64,000 nucleotides of DNA from Candidatus Poseidoniaceae archaeon (lineage in GTDB: Archaea; Thermoplasmatota; Poseidoniia; Poseidoniales; Poseidoniaceae), in NCBI GenBank assembly GCA_049438185.1, contig JBMTJI010000002.1, forward strand, positions 71,156 through 135,155, read 5' to 3'. Below, one piece after another: positions 1-8,789 of the stretch; within the stretch, counting starts at the first letter, position 1; each line of letters starts with the position of its first letter. Position numbers and translations under genes: made by a program. Under the pieces are notes generated by a model. The model had not been told where the DNA came from. It saw nothing but the letters and a program-made list of their open reading frames with translations, and made no database searches.

Positions 1-708
1 ACGACCACCGTCAAAACCCGATTGTTGGGGGCGCGAGAAGGCTTAATCAAAGGTGAACAACTTTTGTTACGGTGGGATATCGAAGATGATAATCCAATTC
101 CACCCTCTGCACTGACGAGTCTTGTCGATCGTACCATCGAGGCGATACCGAATTCATCATGTCTGATTCTTTCAGATTATGGTTTGGGAGTTCTCAACGA
201 TGAGGGTGCTGAGCGACTCATTTCTACAGCAAAGGAACACAATGTTCCAATCATAGCTGATCCGAAATTGACCGGTCTCCATCGAACACAGGGTGTGGAT
301 TGGGTACTGTTTCAATCGAAAGGATTGGAATTGATGAGAAGGCGACTGGGAGCGGCAACCGGAGCAGAAGCCGCATCCATGCTTATCGAATCAAACAACT
401 GGAAACATTTGTTGATTCTTGAAGGACAGGATGGTGTAACAATTCATTCACGAGACGAAGACACCGTTCATGTTCAGTGCATGCTCGAAGAAATTCGTCA
501 AATGATTGGGCTAATCGATGCTGCTGCTGTTGCAGTTGCAACATCAATTACGCTCGGGCTATCCGTTGAAGAAACTGCCCAACTGGCCAACGCTGCGAGT
601 GAATGTATTCTCATTGCAGATCGTACTGATCGATTTGTTCTACGTTTGGATGATATGGTTGACCGTATAGGTGACATCGCTTGGTCGCTTCAAGTATCGA
701 AGCGTTGA
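1..708 (+). CDS. PfkB/RfaE(HldE)-type carbohydrate kinase, 5'-truncated by the window edge
   Basis: The frame is open from base 1 (TTTVKTR, typical of RfaE kinases) and contains ILSDYGLGVL, IIADPK and AQLANAA. The C-terminal GAGD motif is degenerate (IGLIDAA). Confidence 0.65.
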   Translation, partial: TTTVKTRLLGAREGLIKGEQLLLRWDIEDDNPIPPSALTSLVDRTIEAIPNSSCLILSDYGLGVLNDEGAERLISTAKEHNVPIIADPKLTGLHRTQGVDWVLFQSKGLELMRRRLGAATGAEAASMLIESNNWKHLLILEGQDGVTIHSRDEDTVHVQCMLEEIRQMIGLIDAAAVAVATSITLGLSVEETAQLANAASECILIADRTDRFVLRLDDMVDRIGDIAWSLQVSKR

Positions 709-717
709 GGTGTTGAT

Positions 718-1203
718 GTGAGTTCATGGCCAAGGCCAACGACCGCTGATGTTGGTTTGCGTTCTTTTGCAGCAACAAAGGCCAGATTGTACGAGGAGAC
801 CGCTCTGGGAATGCAAGCCTATCTTCTGGAATCGGATATTCCTGCGGAGGCGATTCATCATACTGCTGTTTGGAATGTTCACGTACCCATGCATGATGAT
901 GCAGACGGTTTACTTTTGGTGAAATGGCTTGAAGAAATTCTCTACATGGATGAAGTCGAAGATAAATGGTTGGTCGAGAGTGCCATCAAAATTGAAGAAT
1001 TTGATGATTCTATTTTCCTTGAAGCACATGTTCGTTGGGTTCATTCAGATGAGGTAGAAAAGGAAGTCGAGATTAAAGCCGTGACACGACAAGATCTGAT
1101 TGTTGCTGAGGTTACTGCTGGCCAAACGTTGGAGTCACCCTGGGCGGAAGTACCTACCTTTGAGGGACCTGGTTGGTACAGTGATGTTGTGTTTGACATA
1201 TAG
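718..1203 (+). CDS. Archease (RtcB cofactor)
   Basis: N-terminal TTAD (canonically HTAD), LLVKWLEEILY, EIKAVT and C-terminal FDI. GTG start follows GAGGTG. Confidence 0.85.
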   Translation: MSSWPRPTTADVGLRSFAATKARLYEETALGMQAYLLESDIPAEAIHHTAVWNVHVPMHDDADGLLLVKWLEEILYMDEVEDKWLVESAIKIEEFDDSIFLEAHVRWVHSDEVEKEVEIKAVTRQDLIVAEVTAGQTLESPWAEVPTFEGPGWYSDVVFDI

Positions 1204-1498
1204 GGTGGGAATCCCTGGGTGGACGCTCGTACTCACAAGCCGTATCTACACACTTCCTCCGTCCCGGATCCCCACAGCACCCATGGCCCCAGGTAGGGAT
1301 GCTCCGTTCCCGGCCTGACCTGTTCCCCCGGTTATCTGATTCCCGTTTCCCTCCGGAAACGGTTCACAACACCCGGATCATGTGGGGGCGAGACATCTAC
1401 GTCCGCATGCAGGAACCTATGAGCCGCTTTCGCCGCCCCAAGGCATTCAGCCCACCATAAAGACGATTTGTGGTACAGGGTACGCCTAGCTCCCCACC
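1204..1498 (-). ncRNA. ffs: Archaeal signal recognition particle (SRP/7S) RNA
   Basis: About 295 nt, GC-rich and intergenic. Termini pair (GGUGGGGA/UUCCCACC). Alu UGUA motif (CCCUGUACC), helix 6 CCGUUUCC-GGAG-GGAAACGG, helix 8 CAGGCCG-GGAA-CGGAGCA. Confidence 0.92.
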
Positions 1499-1550
1499 TA
1501 TCCCAGACCATCCTAGAACTGACTCTATTTCAACCAAACGCTGAGTGAGT

Positions 1551-1937
1551 TCAGGCCTCTTCTTCGTATTTTGATGGACAAGATGTTTTGATTGTATCAG
1601 CTTCAACGAGGTAAATTCCATCGTCAAACTTGAACATGCCTTCAGCATATACAGTCCGATTATCTCCTAATCCATTCGAGATGGAACCTGCATTTGAATA
1701 ATCAATCAGCAGGTCAAAATCACTACCTTCCAAAATAAATGTCATCGAGGTTTCATTAATACTTCCATCGCGAATCTCTCCACGTACTGCGACCTCCTCA
1801 TCAATGAGTGTCGACTTGTCTTCCATGAGTTGATCAACAGTAAGAGTAGGAGCTGGAGCCTGTAGGAAAATTGTTCCAAGAACCGCAATGGTAACAACAC
1901 CACCAATGAGCAGTAACCGGTTACGATACGAAAGCAT
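1551..1937 (-). CDS. ccmE: Cytochrome c maturation heme chaperone CcmE (CxxxY variant)
   Basis: N-terminal TM helix, OB-fold-like VAVRG...VYAEG and C-terminal TSCPSKYE. Start moved to ATG 1937 after GGAGGG. Confidence 0.8.
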   Translation of the reverse strand: MLSYRNRLLLIGGVVTIAVLGTIFLQAPAPTLTVDQLMEDKSTLIDEEVAVRGEIRDGSINETSMTFILEGSDFDLLIDYSNAGSISNGLGDNRTVYAEGMFKFDDGIYLVEADTIKTSCPSKYEEEA

Positions 1938-1980
1938 GTTGACAATTCCCTCCAACCGACAGACATATTTCAACATCTGC

Positions 1981-3087
1981 TCATTCAGGCACACGATGCG
2001 ATGCGCCAACTGCTTCTGATATCGATTCAAAATTGGATTGTTTCAGTTTTTTATGCAAACCATTCACGATTGATTTTGTTAAACCAGGACCCTCAAAGAC
2101 AAAACCTGCATAAGCTTGCAGAAGAGACGCGCCTGCAAGTATCTTCTCCCATGCATCTTCTGCAGTCATGATACCTCCAACACCTACAATTGGAAGTTTT
2201 CCTTGCGTGTAGGAGTAAATATGGTGAATCATTTCCGTACTTTGATTTTTGAGAGGAGAACCTGAACAACCACCTTGCTCATTGTAGACCTTGTGCGTAT
2301 GATTTGGTCGTTCAATCGTCGTGTTTGTTGCAACAATCCCATCAATTCCACAAGCTATTGCGGTGTCCACAATCGCCTCAAGTTCTTGTTTGGACAAGTC
2401 TGGAGCGACCTTGATTAAGAGAGGTTTTGGAGGAGTATTGGATTCTTCTGAGTTTGTTTGATTTACATTGATGCAAGCTTCAAGAATTCCTTTCAGATGA
2501 TCGCCATGTTGCAAATCTCGAAGGCCAGGCGTATTTGGAGAAGAGACGTTGATGACGAAGACATCCACATACGGCCAAAGACGATGCATCGTGGTTGAAT
2601 AGTCCATTTTCGCTTCGTCAATCGGCGTAAGTTTCGATTTTCCAAGATTCGCCCATACTGGGATTGGTTGCAAACCAGAACGTTTCAGTTGCTGCACAAC
2701 TTTTTCACTTCCAGGATTGTTGAATCCCATTCGATTCACAAGCGCTCGATCGCTTCCATGCCTGAACATTCTGGGTTTCGGATTCCCTGTTTGTTCAAGC
2801 ATTGTTACTCCGCCAATTTCTGAAAAGGCCAGACCAATTGATGCCCAACCCCGAAGCGCCTCGGCTTTTTTGTCCATGCCAGCTGCGATTCCAAATGGAT
2901 GTCCATATTCCATTCCAAAACATGTTGTCGGCAGTGATTTTTTGGGTTTGTAAAGGAGACGAAGACATCCTCGAAAGAGTGCATTTGAGGAAGCAATACG
3001 CAGCATAAGTAGAGAACGAGCATGTGCTTTCTCTGAATCCTGAAGTGCCAAGAGTGGCCTCGAGAACCAGCGAAAGAGCCTGCCCAT
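1981..3087 (-). CDS. pyrD: Quinone-dependent dihydroorotate dehydrogenase (class 2)
   Basis: GIAAGMDK, GNPKPRMFR, NRMGFNNPG, NVSSPNTPGLR, KVAPDL, GVGGI. Confidence 0.95.
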   Translation of the reverse strand: MGRLFRWFSRPLLALQDSEKAHARSLLMLRIASSNALFRGCLRLLYKPKKSLPTTCFGMEYGHPFGIAAGMDKKAEALRGWASIGLAFSEIGGVTMLEQTGNPKPRMFRHGSDRALVNRMGFNNPGSEKVVQQLKRSGLQPIPVWANLGKSKLTPIDEAKMDYSTTMHRLWPYVDVFVINVSSPNTPGLRDLQHGDHLKGILEACINVNQTNSEESNTPPKPLLIKVAPDLSKQELEAIVDTAIACGIDGIVATNTTIERPNHTHKVYNEQGGCSGSPLKNQSTEMIHHIYSYTQGKLPIVGVGGIMTAEDAWEKILAGASLLQAYAGFVFEGPGLTKSIVNGLHKKLKQSNFESISEAVGASHRVPE

Positions 3088-3138
3088 GGCTCACGGTCGT
3101 ACCGATATCCTTCAATCCTTGCGCCTTGTCGAGGGTAC

Positions 3139-3555
3139 ATGGAGGAGAATTCAACACGATGGCTTGCTGTCCGTGAAGCGAGTCGTCGAATTCTCGTTGA
3201 AGAAAATCTTGTCATACAGGTTCCTAGAGATGACGTGGAGATATGGCATCGAATGATGCTCAACATGGCAGATTCAATGCCTCAGCGATTGGAGTTCCCG
3301 ACAATAGAGGAAGGCGCCTTTTCAGTTTCAAAAAACGAGAAGCCTCTCTTCATCATTCATTCAGAAGAGCCAATGAACCAAGATCAACTGTGGCTGCCAT
3401 TTCAAACACCTACATTGGTATCGGATCTCATTCAGATGTGTTCAGAATTATTGCTCGCAGGTTACCCAGGTTGCAGTGGTTGTGGTTATCGAGACCAAGA
3501 GGAGGAGTGGGATGAAATCGCGCATCGCAACCGACTCAAAAATTTAGACAAATAA
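3139..3555 (+). CDS. Hypothetical protein with C-terminal CxxC (YPGCSGCG)
   Basis: 138-aa ORF filling the gap, divergent from pyrD across a shared TTCAA/TTGAA box. Confidence 0.7.
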   Translation: MEENSTRWLAVREASRRILVEENLVIQVPRDDVEIWHRMMLNMADSMPQRLEFPTIEEGAFSVSKNEKPLFIIHSEEPMNQDQLWLPFQTPTLVSDLIQMCSELLLAGYPGCSGCGYRDQEEEWDEIAHRNRLKNLDK

Positions 3556-3632
3556 TTCCAGATAACATATGTTATCTGTTTAATTTCAAGTCTGGCGAGC
3601 CTTCAAGTACAGTCGACAAACGCACTGAAAAC

Positions 3633-6356
3633 ATGAGCATCGTTGTCCTCGCCGAGAAACCAAGTGTCGCCGAAGATATTGCTAAAATGCTCAACATCAA
3701 CAAAAAAGAGGCTACCCATTGGTTGGGAAATGACATCGTTGTGACTTGGGCCATAGGCCACATGTTGGAACTCAAATACATGGATGATTACAACCCTGAA
3801 TTCAAAAATTGGAGGAAAACTGCCGGCGACCTACCTTTTGTGCCTGAAGAATTTGAGTTCAAACCCAAATCTGGCTCAACACGGAAACAACTCACCGCTG
3901 TCAAGAAACTTATGAGCGACAAAGCGGTTACAGAAATCGTCAATGCTTGTGACGCTGCACGTGAAGGTGAACTTATTTTTCAAACCATATATCGCTATTC
4001 AAAATCCAAATCTCCCGTTTCCCGAATGTGGCTACAGTCCATGACAAGAGAAGCCATACAGCGTTCATGGGACGAACGTAAATCGGCGAAAGAGTATCAG
4101 AATCTCTCCGATGCCGCCTACAGTCGAAGTTATGCAGATTGGCTCATCGGCATGAACGGTTCAAGAATTGCTGAAGTCTTCCTTCCAAAGAAAAGAACTG
4201 AACGAATCTCGCTGGGCAGGGTTCAAACGGCAACACTCGCAATCCTTGTGGATCACGAACTTGAAATCTTGAAACATACATCGACACCATACTGGGTTCT
4301 TACAGCACAGTTCGAAGGAACAGATAGCTCATGGAATGGTCGTTGGGAAGGTGGAGCGTCCACAGAAGATACCAAGCCACATTGGATTTTGACGATGGAG
4401 GAGAAGGAACGCATCCAGGCACTCATTGACTCAGGCGAAAAAGCAATTGTTACTCAAAAAGTGTCAACGAGTAAGGAACGACCTCCATTGAATTTTGATT
4501 TAACTACGCTTCAACGTCAAGCAAACTCGATGTTCTCATGGCCAGCAAAACGGACATTGAATGTTGCACAAGCCCTGTATGAACGTCACAAATTGACAAC
4601 ATACCCACGTACGGATTCTCGATTCTTGCCAACGGATATGAAAGATACGATCAATACAACATTGTCTAACCTAGGAGAACTGGATGAAATGAAAGGATTC
4701 GTGGAGTCCCTCAACAAAAATGGTTTACAAAATGTTTCACGTAATTTCGACGATGCAAAGGTGAGCGATCACTTTGCGATTATTCCAACAGGCAAATTAC
4801 CTACAAGTGGGCTTTCGAAAGACGAACAACGCCTCTACAATATGATCGTGCGAAATTTCATCGCATCCTGGTACGGTGAATCAGTCATCGAAAAGCAAAA
4901 GCGTACTGCAAATCTTGGAGGTGAGATGTTCAACAAAGAAGCTCAACAATATTCGACACTTGGTTGGAGAGAAGTTGTTCCGAAAAATCTCAGTTTACCC
5001 GATGGTTGGGGCTCTATCTCTACGGACGACCCTCTCGCAAGCATTTCTTCACACGAATGGAGTGAAGAAAAATCCAAACCGCCAACGAGGATTAAGGAAG
5101 CTCGTCTACTCTCACTAATGGAAAAAGCTGGAAAAGATATCGAAGATGAGGATTTGGCCGAGGCAATGGCAGGCAAAGGCCTTGGAACCCCTGCAACTCG
5201 GGCGGATACGATTGAAAAATTACTCTCACGAGGCTATATATCCAGACAACAATCGGGGGCACTGAATGCAACTCCACATGGCATTCGCATCATCGAAATC
5301 TTGCGGAGGATTCCAGTCGAATGGATTACTTCTGCTGAACTCACCGGAGAGATGGAAGCGGCATTAACGGCTGTTCAAAAGGGAGAATTAGATGCTTCAG
5401 AATACATGGCCTCTATCATTCAACAAACAACAGATTTGGTTACGAGGGTTCGCGATCATGACCGAAGTCAATTGTTCATCAACGATGATTCCATTGGAAA
5501 ATGTCCAAAATGTGCAGCAACGATTGTTGAAACTGCTTTATCCTACACTTGTGAACAGAACGAAGGAAAAGAAAAGGGATGTTCGTTTGTTTTCTGGAAG
5601 GACACCAGTGGCCGCTGGTTCGATCGAGAGACTGCAACACGATTGTTGCAACACAGAGAACTAACAGACCTGCATGGTTTCTTTAACCGAAATGGTGAAT
5701 CCTACGAAACGTCGGTCGTTCTCTCCGATGAGGGGAAAGTCACCTCATCAAAATCGACAGGGAATCGAGCAACGAGTTCCGATGAAGCTCTCTGCCCCTG
5801 TCCAACGTGCGGCGGTACAATTCGCGAAACGGATACACACTATGCGTGCGATCAACAGGAATGCAAATTTGCGGGTGTTGGGAAAGTCATCTGCAAACGG
5901 GAAATCACACAAACTGAGGCTAAATCAATTCTTATCGATGGCAAATCACCTCTGATTGAAGATTTCATTTCACGTCGAGGTCGACCATTCCCTGCATACC
6001 TTGTGCTTGAAGGGAATAAGGTAGGATTTGAATTCCCGCCAAGGGAAGCGGCTGCTGATGCACGTCGGTTTGATGTTGTTGAAGGGGTCGTTGCCATATG
6101 TCCGAAGCATGGTGCAGAAATCCATGAAACAGAAACGCATTTTAGACCAAAAACCAGTGCGAGTGGTTGCAAAATCAACATCGCTCGAGAAATCTCCAAA
6201 CGAGAAATCACACGAGAAGAAGCAAAGCAAATGATCGAAAAAGGTGAAATCGGTCCGTTTGATGACCTCATTGCTAAGAAAACTGGCAATCCTTACACAG
6301 CTGTACTTTGGCTCAAGAAAAACGAACAAGTTGGTTATCGATTCGCAAAACGCTAG
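3633..6356 (+). CDS. Type IA DNA topoisomerase (TopB/topo III-like) with C-terminal Zn-ribbon repeats
   Basis: Toprim AEKPSVA, ACDAAREGELI, SLGRVQT, catalytic TYPRTDS, GLGTPATRA and three CxxC-type C-terminal modules. Confidence 0.93.
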   Translation: MSIVVLAEKPSVAEDIAKMLNINKKEATHWLGNDIVVTWAIGHMLELKYMDDYNPEFKNWRKTAGDLPFVPEEFEFKPKSGSTRKQLTAVKKLMSDKAVTEIVNACDAAREGELIFQTIYRYSKSKSPVSRMWLQSMTREAIQRSWDERKSAKEYQNLSDAAYSRSYADWLIGMNGSRIAEVFLPKKRTERISLGRVQTATLAILVDHELEILKHTSTPYWVLTAQFEGTDSSWNGRWEGGASTEDTKPHWILTMEEKERIQALIDSGEKAIVTQKVSTSKERPPLNFDLTTLQRQANSMFSWPAKRTLNVAQALYERHKLTTYPRTDSRFLPTDMKDTINTTLSNLGELDEMKGFVESLNKNGLQNVSRNFDDAKVSDHFAIIPTGKLPTSGLSKDEQRLYNMIVRNFIASWYGESVIEKQKRTANLGGEMFNKEAQQYSTLGWREVVPKNLSLPDGWGSISTDDPLASISSHEWSEEKSKPPTRIKEARLLSLMEKAGKDIEDEDLAEAMAGKGLGTPATRADTIEKLLSRGYISRQQSGALNATPHGIRIIEILRRIPVEWITSAELTGEMEAALTAVQKGELDASEYMASIIQQTTDLVTRVRDHDRSQLFINDDSIGKCPKCAATIVETALSYTCEQNEGKEKGCSFVFWKDTSGRWFDRETATRLLQHRELTDLHGFFNRNGESYETSVVLSDEGKVTSSKSTGNRATSSDEALCPCPTCGGTIRETDTHYACDQQECKFAGVGKVICKREITQTEAKSILIDGKSPLIEDFISRRGRPFPAYLVLEGNKVGFEFPPREAAADARRFDVVEGVVAICPKHGAEIHETETHFRPKTSASGCKINIAREISKREITREEAKQMIEKGEIGPFDDLIAKKTGNPYTAVLWLKKNEQVGYRFAKR

Positions 6357-6399
6357 ATAGAGAAGAAACTTCTTGAAGTTCGGTGCATCGTGCTTCTTC

Positions 6400-7617
6400 A
6401 TGGACTATGATTACGATGTCATCATCATCGGCGCTGGTCCTGTTGGAGGATACGCTGCCCGCTTATTGTGCGAGCGTGGTCTCTCCGTTTTGATGGTGGA
6501 GGAACACAATGAAGTGGGAAGGCCTTTCCAATGCGCAGGATTGGTAACTCCAAGTGCAATGGATGCTGTAAAAGCATATGATACGGTTGTTGAGGACGTT
6601 GATGGTGCACTGATTCACGGGCCGTCAGGTACACTCGTTCCTGTTGGCAGGGAAGGCGAACTGCGCACATACGTCGTCTGCAGGAAGCGCTTTGATCAAA
6701 CCGTTGTTCAACAAGGGCTTGAAGCGGGTTCAGATCTTGTTTTGGAATCACAGCCAACATCCGCTGAAGTGACGGAAGATGGTGTAGAACTTGAAATCCT
6801 CAATCAACGTACAGGTGAATCAACGTCCTACCGTTCGAAATTGTTGATTGGGTGTGATGGTGCACATTCATGGGTTCGTCGACGTTTCAGAATGGGGTAT
6901 CCAAAGGAAATGATGATTGGTTTTCAGACAGAAGTCGTAGGTTATGAAGGACAAAATCGATGGCTTGAAATGTATAGTGGCTCCGAAATCGCGCCAGGAT
7001 TTTTTGCTTGGGTCATTCCCTCAGGGAATGGTACTCATCGCATCGGACTATGGTCGAAGGCTGAACTACTCGATGGTCGATCGGTTTTGGATTGCTACAA
7101 CGATCTATTGAATCACCCGCTATGGAAGGATCGTTTTGAGAACATCACAGAAACTGCACGCTATTGTGGACCCGTACCATCTGGCATGATACGACGGCCG
7201 TTCAAAAACCGAGTCCTCGTCCTTGGGGATGCTGCAGGAATGGCTAAACCCACGACTGGTGGAGGGCTTGGCCCGGGATTCAAACAGATCTCGTCCATTG
7301 CCGATAAACTTGTGAAACACGTGAACAATGATCAACTTTCAGAAAAGGATTTGAAATCCATTACAAAATCTTCATGGCCGAAGATGAAGAAGGAACAGGA
7401 TCGAGCACGTGCTTTACGTGATCTTCTCGTATCAACGCGAACCGATGAAGAACTCGACGAGCATTTTGCAAATTTCGCAAAACCAGAGGTCATTGCTCTC
7501 ATCAATCAGATTGGAGACATCGAAAAACCAGTACCACTTGGACTTGCACTTCTGAAAAAAGTTCCTGCATTCCGAAAACTTGCTTTGCAAGCCGGTGTGA
7601 AATTACTGTTCACTTGA
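6400..7617 (+). CDS. Geranylgeranyl reductase family FAD oxidoreductase (archaeal lipid saturation)
   Basis: GAGPVG Rossmann motif, PFQCAG, GCDG, FFAWVIP, GDAAGMAKPTTGGG. Confidence 0.88.
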   Translation: MDYDYDVIIIGAGPVGGYAARLLCERGLSVLMVEEHNEVGRPFQCAGLVTPSAMDAVKAYDTVVEDVDGALIHGPSGTLVPVGREGELRTYVVCRKRFDQTVVQQGLEAGSDLVLESQPTSAEVTEDGVELEILNQRTGESTSYRSKLLIGCDGAHSWVRRRFRMGYPKEMMIGFQTEVVGYEGQNRWLEMYSGSEIAPGFFAWVIPSGNGTHRIGLWSKAELLDGRSVLDCYNDLLNHPLWKDRFENITETARYCGPVPSGMIRRPFKNRVLVLGDAAGMAKPTTGGGLGPGFKQISSIADKLVKHVNNDQLSEKDLKSITKSSWPKMKKEQDRARALRDLLVSTRTDEELDEHFANFAKPEVIALINQIGDIEKPVPLGLALLKKVPAFRKLALQAGVKLLFT

Positions 7618-7626
7618 GGCGAGTAC

Positions 7627-8760
7627 ATGTCGACTTGGTCCGTTATTCATCGTGTGAGGTATCCTCCTTTCGATGACAAAAGAATCAATGCTGACGCTGC
7701 ACCTGTTTTTGAAAAAACATTGGTTTCGAATTTGGATTATGAGGAAGTCCAGCAACAATTGCCTCCTTACAAAATACAAAGTGAGGAAGGATGGCTCATT
7801 GAACGTTTAATCATCAATCAAGATGGTGAAAAATTGGAACAACCGACACAGGTTCGTTGCGATGATGAACCATTTGTTCAACTGGTTAAGCAACAACGTA
7901 GAGGTTGGTACATTCTTCCAAATTCATTGCATGGCCTAGCCCGTAACATGATTAATGCCGCTGTAATCTTACTGCTCACAACATTGGTTTACCTCTTCCT
8001 CGAACCATTGCTCAGCGAAATCGGGATTCCTAGTATTGGGACAAAAAGTATGCAGATTGGGCTTCTCGATTATCCCATTTTGAGTATTATCGTCGTTCCA
8101 ATCTTATTGCTGCCAATTGTACTGCGACTGATTGCGAATTTTATTGATCTAAAACGTCAGCAGGATTTTTTTCGTTCGCCTATTGAGCATCCGATTGTCA
8201 AATTTTCCTCATCAATTGTAAGTGGTGAACCCCTTTCTGGTACCATTCAAATTCCAGAACAATTACCAGATTGGAAATCAATGTCTGTGCATTGGCACGT
8301 TGGCACACTGCCTCCATCTCGTGAGGCTTTGATTGAAATTTCTAATTCAAACGAGGATTCTCAACCGCCTATTGGGCTATCAACGCCGCTGCCGCATCAT
8401 TGGGAGGCCAGTTTGGATGATGGAACCGCTGGTGGAGAGGATTCACCAATTGAACGTCAAGATATTCAAGGCGGCGTTTTCCTTCGTCCAATGAGATTTT
8501 CCATTGAGGGAGGCCAATCCACGCTTGACGAAGACGGCTCATTTACGATAGATCCGCCCTCTGATTTATGGCCTGGAACAGTAAATTCTCCACTGCATAG
8601 GATTCATTGGGAATTCATCCTCAAAATCAAAAGGCATAAGCAAATGCCACTTCTTTGGGTATGCCCAATACGAGTTCAATTTCCAAACGATGTTGTAGAA
8701 CTTGAGAATCTCGTCATCAACGATCCTAGAACTGAACAGTTCTACATCGGTGAACGTTAG
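7627..8760 (+). CDS. Hypothetical two-TM membrane protein with possible arrestin-N/SpoOM-like C-terminal domain
   Basis: Two hydrophobic helices, then FTIDPPSDLWPGTVNSPLHRIHWEFILKI. Starts 9 nt after the GGR gene. Confidence 0.7.
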   Translation: MSTWSVIHRVRYPPFDDKRINADAAPVFEKTLVSNLDYEEVQQQLPPYKIQSEEGWLIERLIINQDGEKLEQPTQVRCDDEPFVQLVKQQRRGWYILPNSLHGLARNMINAAVILLLTTLVYLFLEPLLSEIGIPSIGTKSMQIGLLDYPILSIIVVPILLLPIVLRLIANFIDLKRQQDFFRSPIEHPIVKFSSSIVSGEPLSGTIQIPEQLPDWKSMSVHWHVGTLPPSREALIEISNSNEDSQPPIGLSTPLPHHWEASLDDGTAGGEDSPIERQDIQGGVFLRPMRFSIEGGQSTLDEDGSFTIDPPSDLWPGTVNSPLHRIHWEFILKIKRHKQMPLLWVCPIRVQFPNDVVELENLVINDPRTEQFYIGER

Positions 8761-8789
8761 GTTCATGTTCTCTATGTTCATGTGATGAC

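Noticed and set aside
1100-1648. ORFs of 72 and 83 aa over the GC-rich region
   Set aside because: The region is explained by the SRP RNA.
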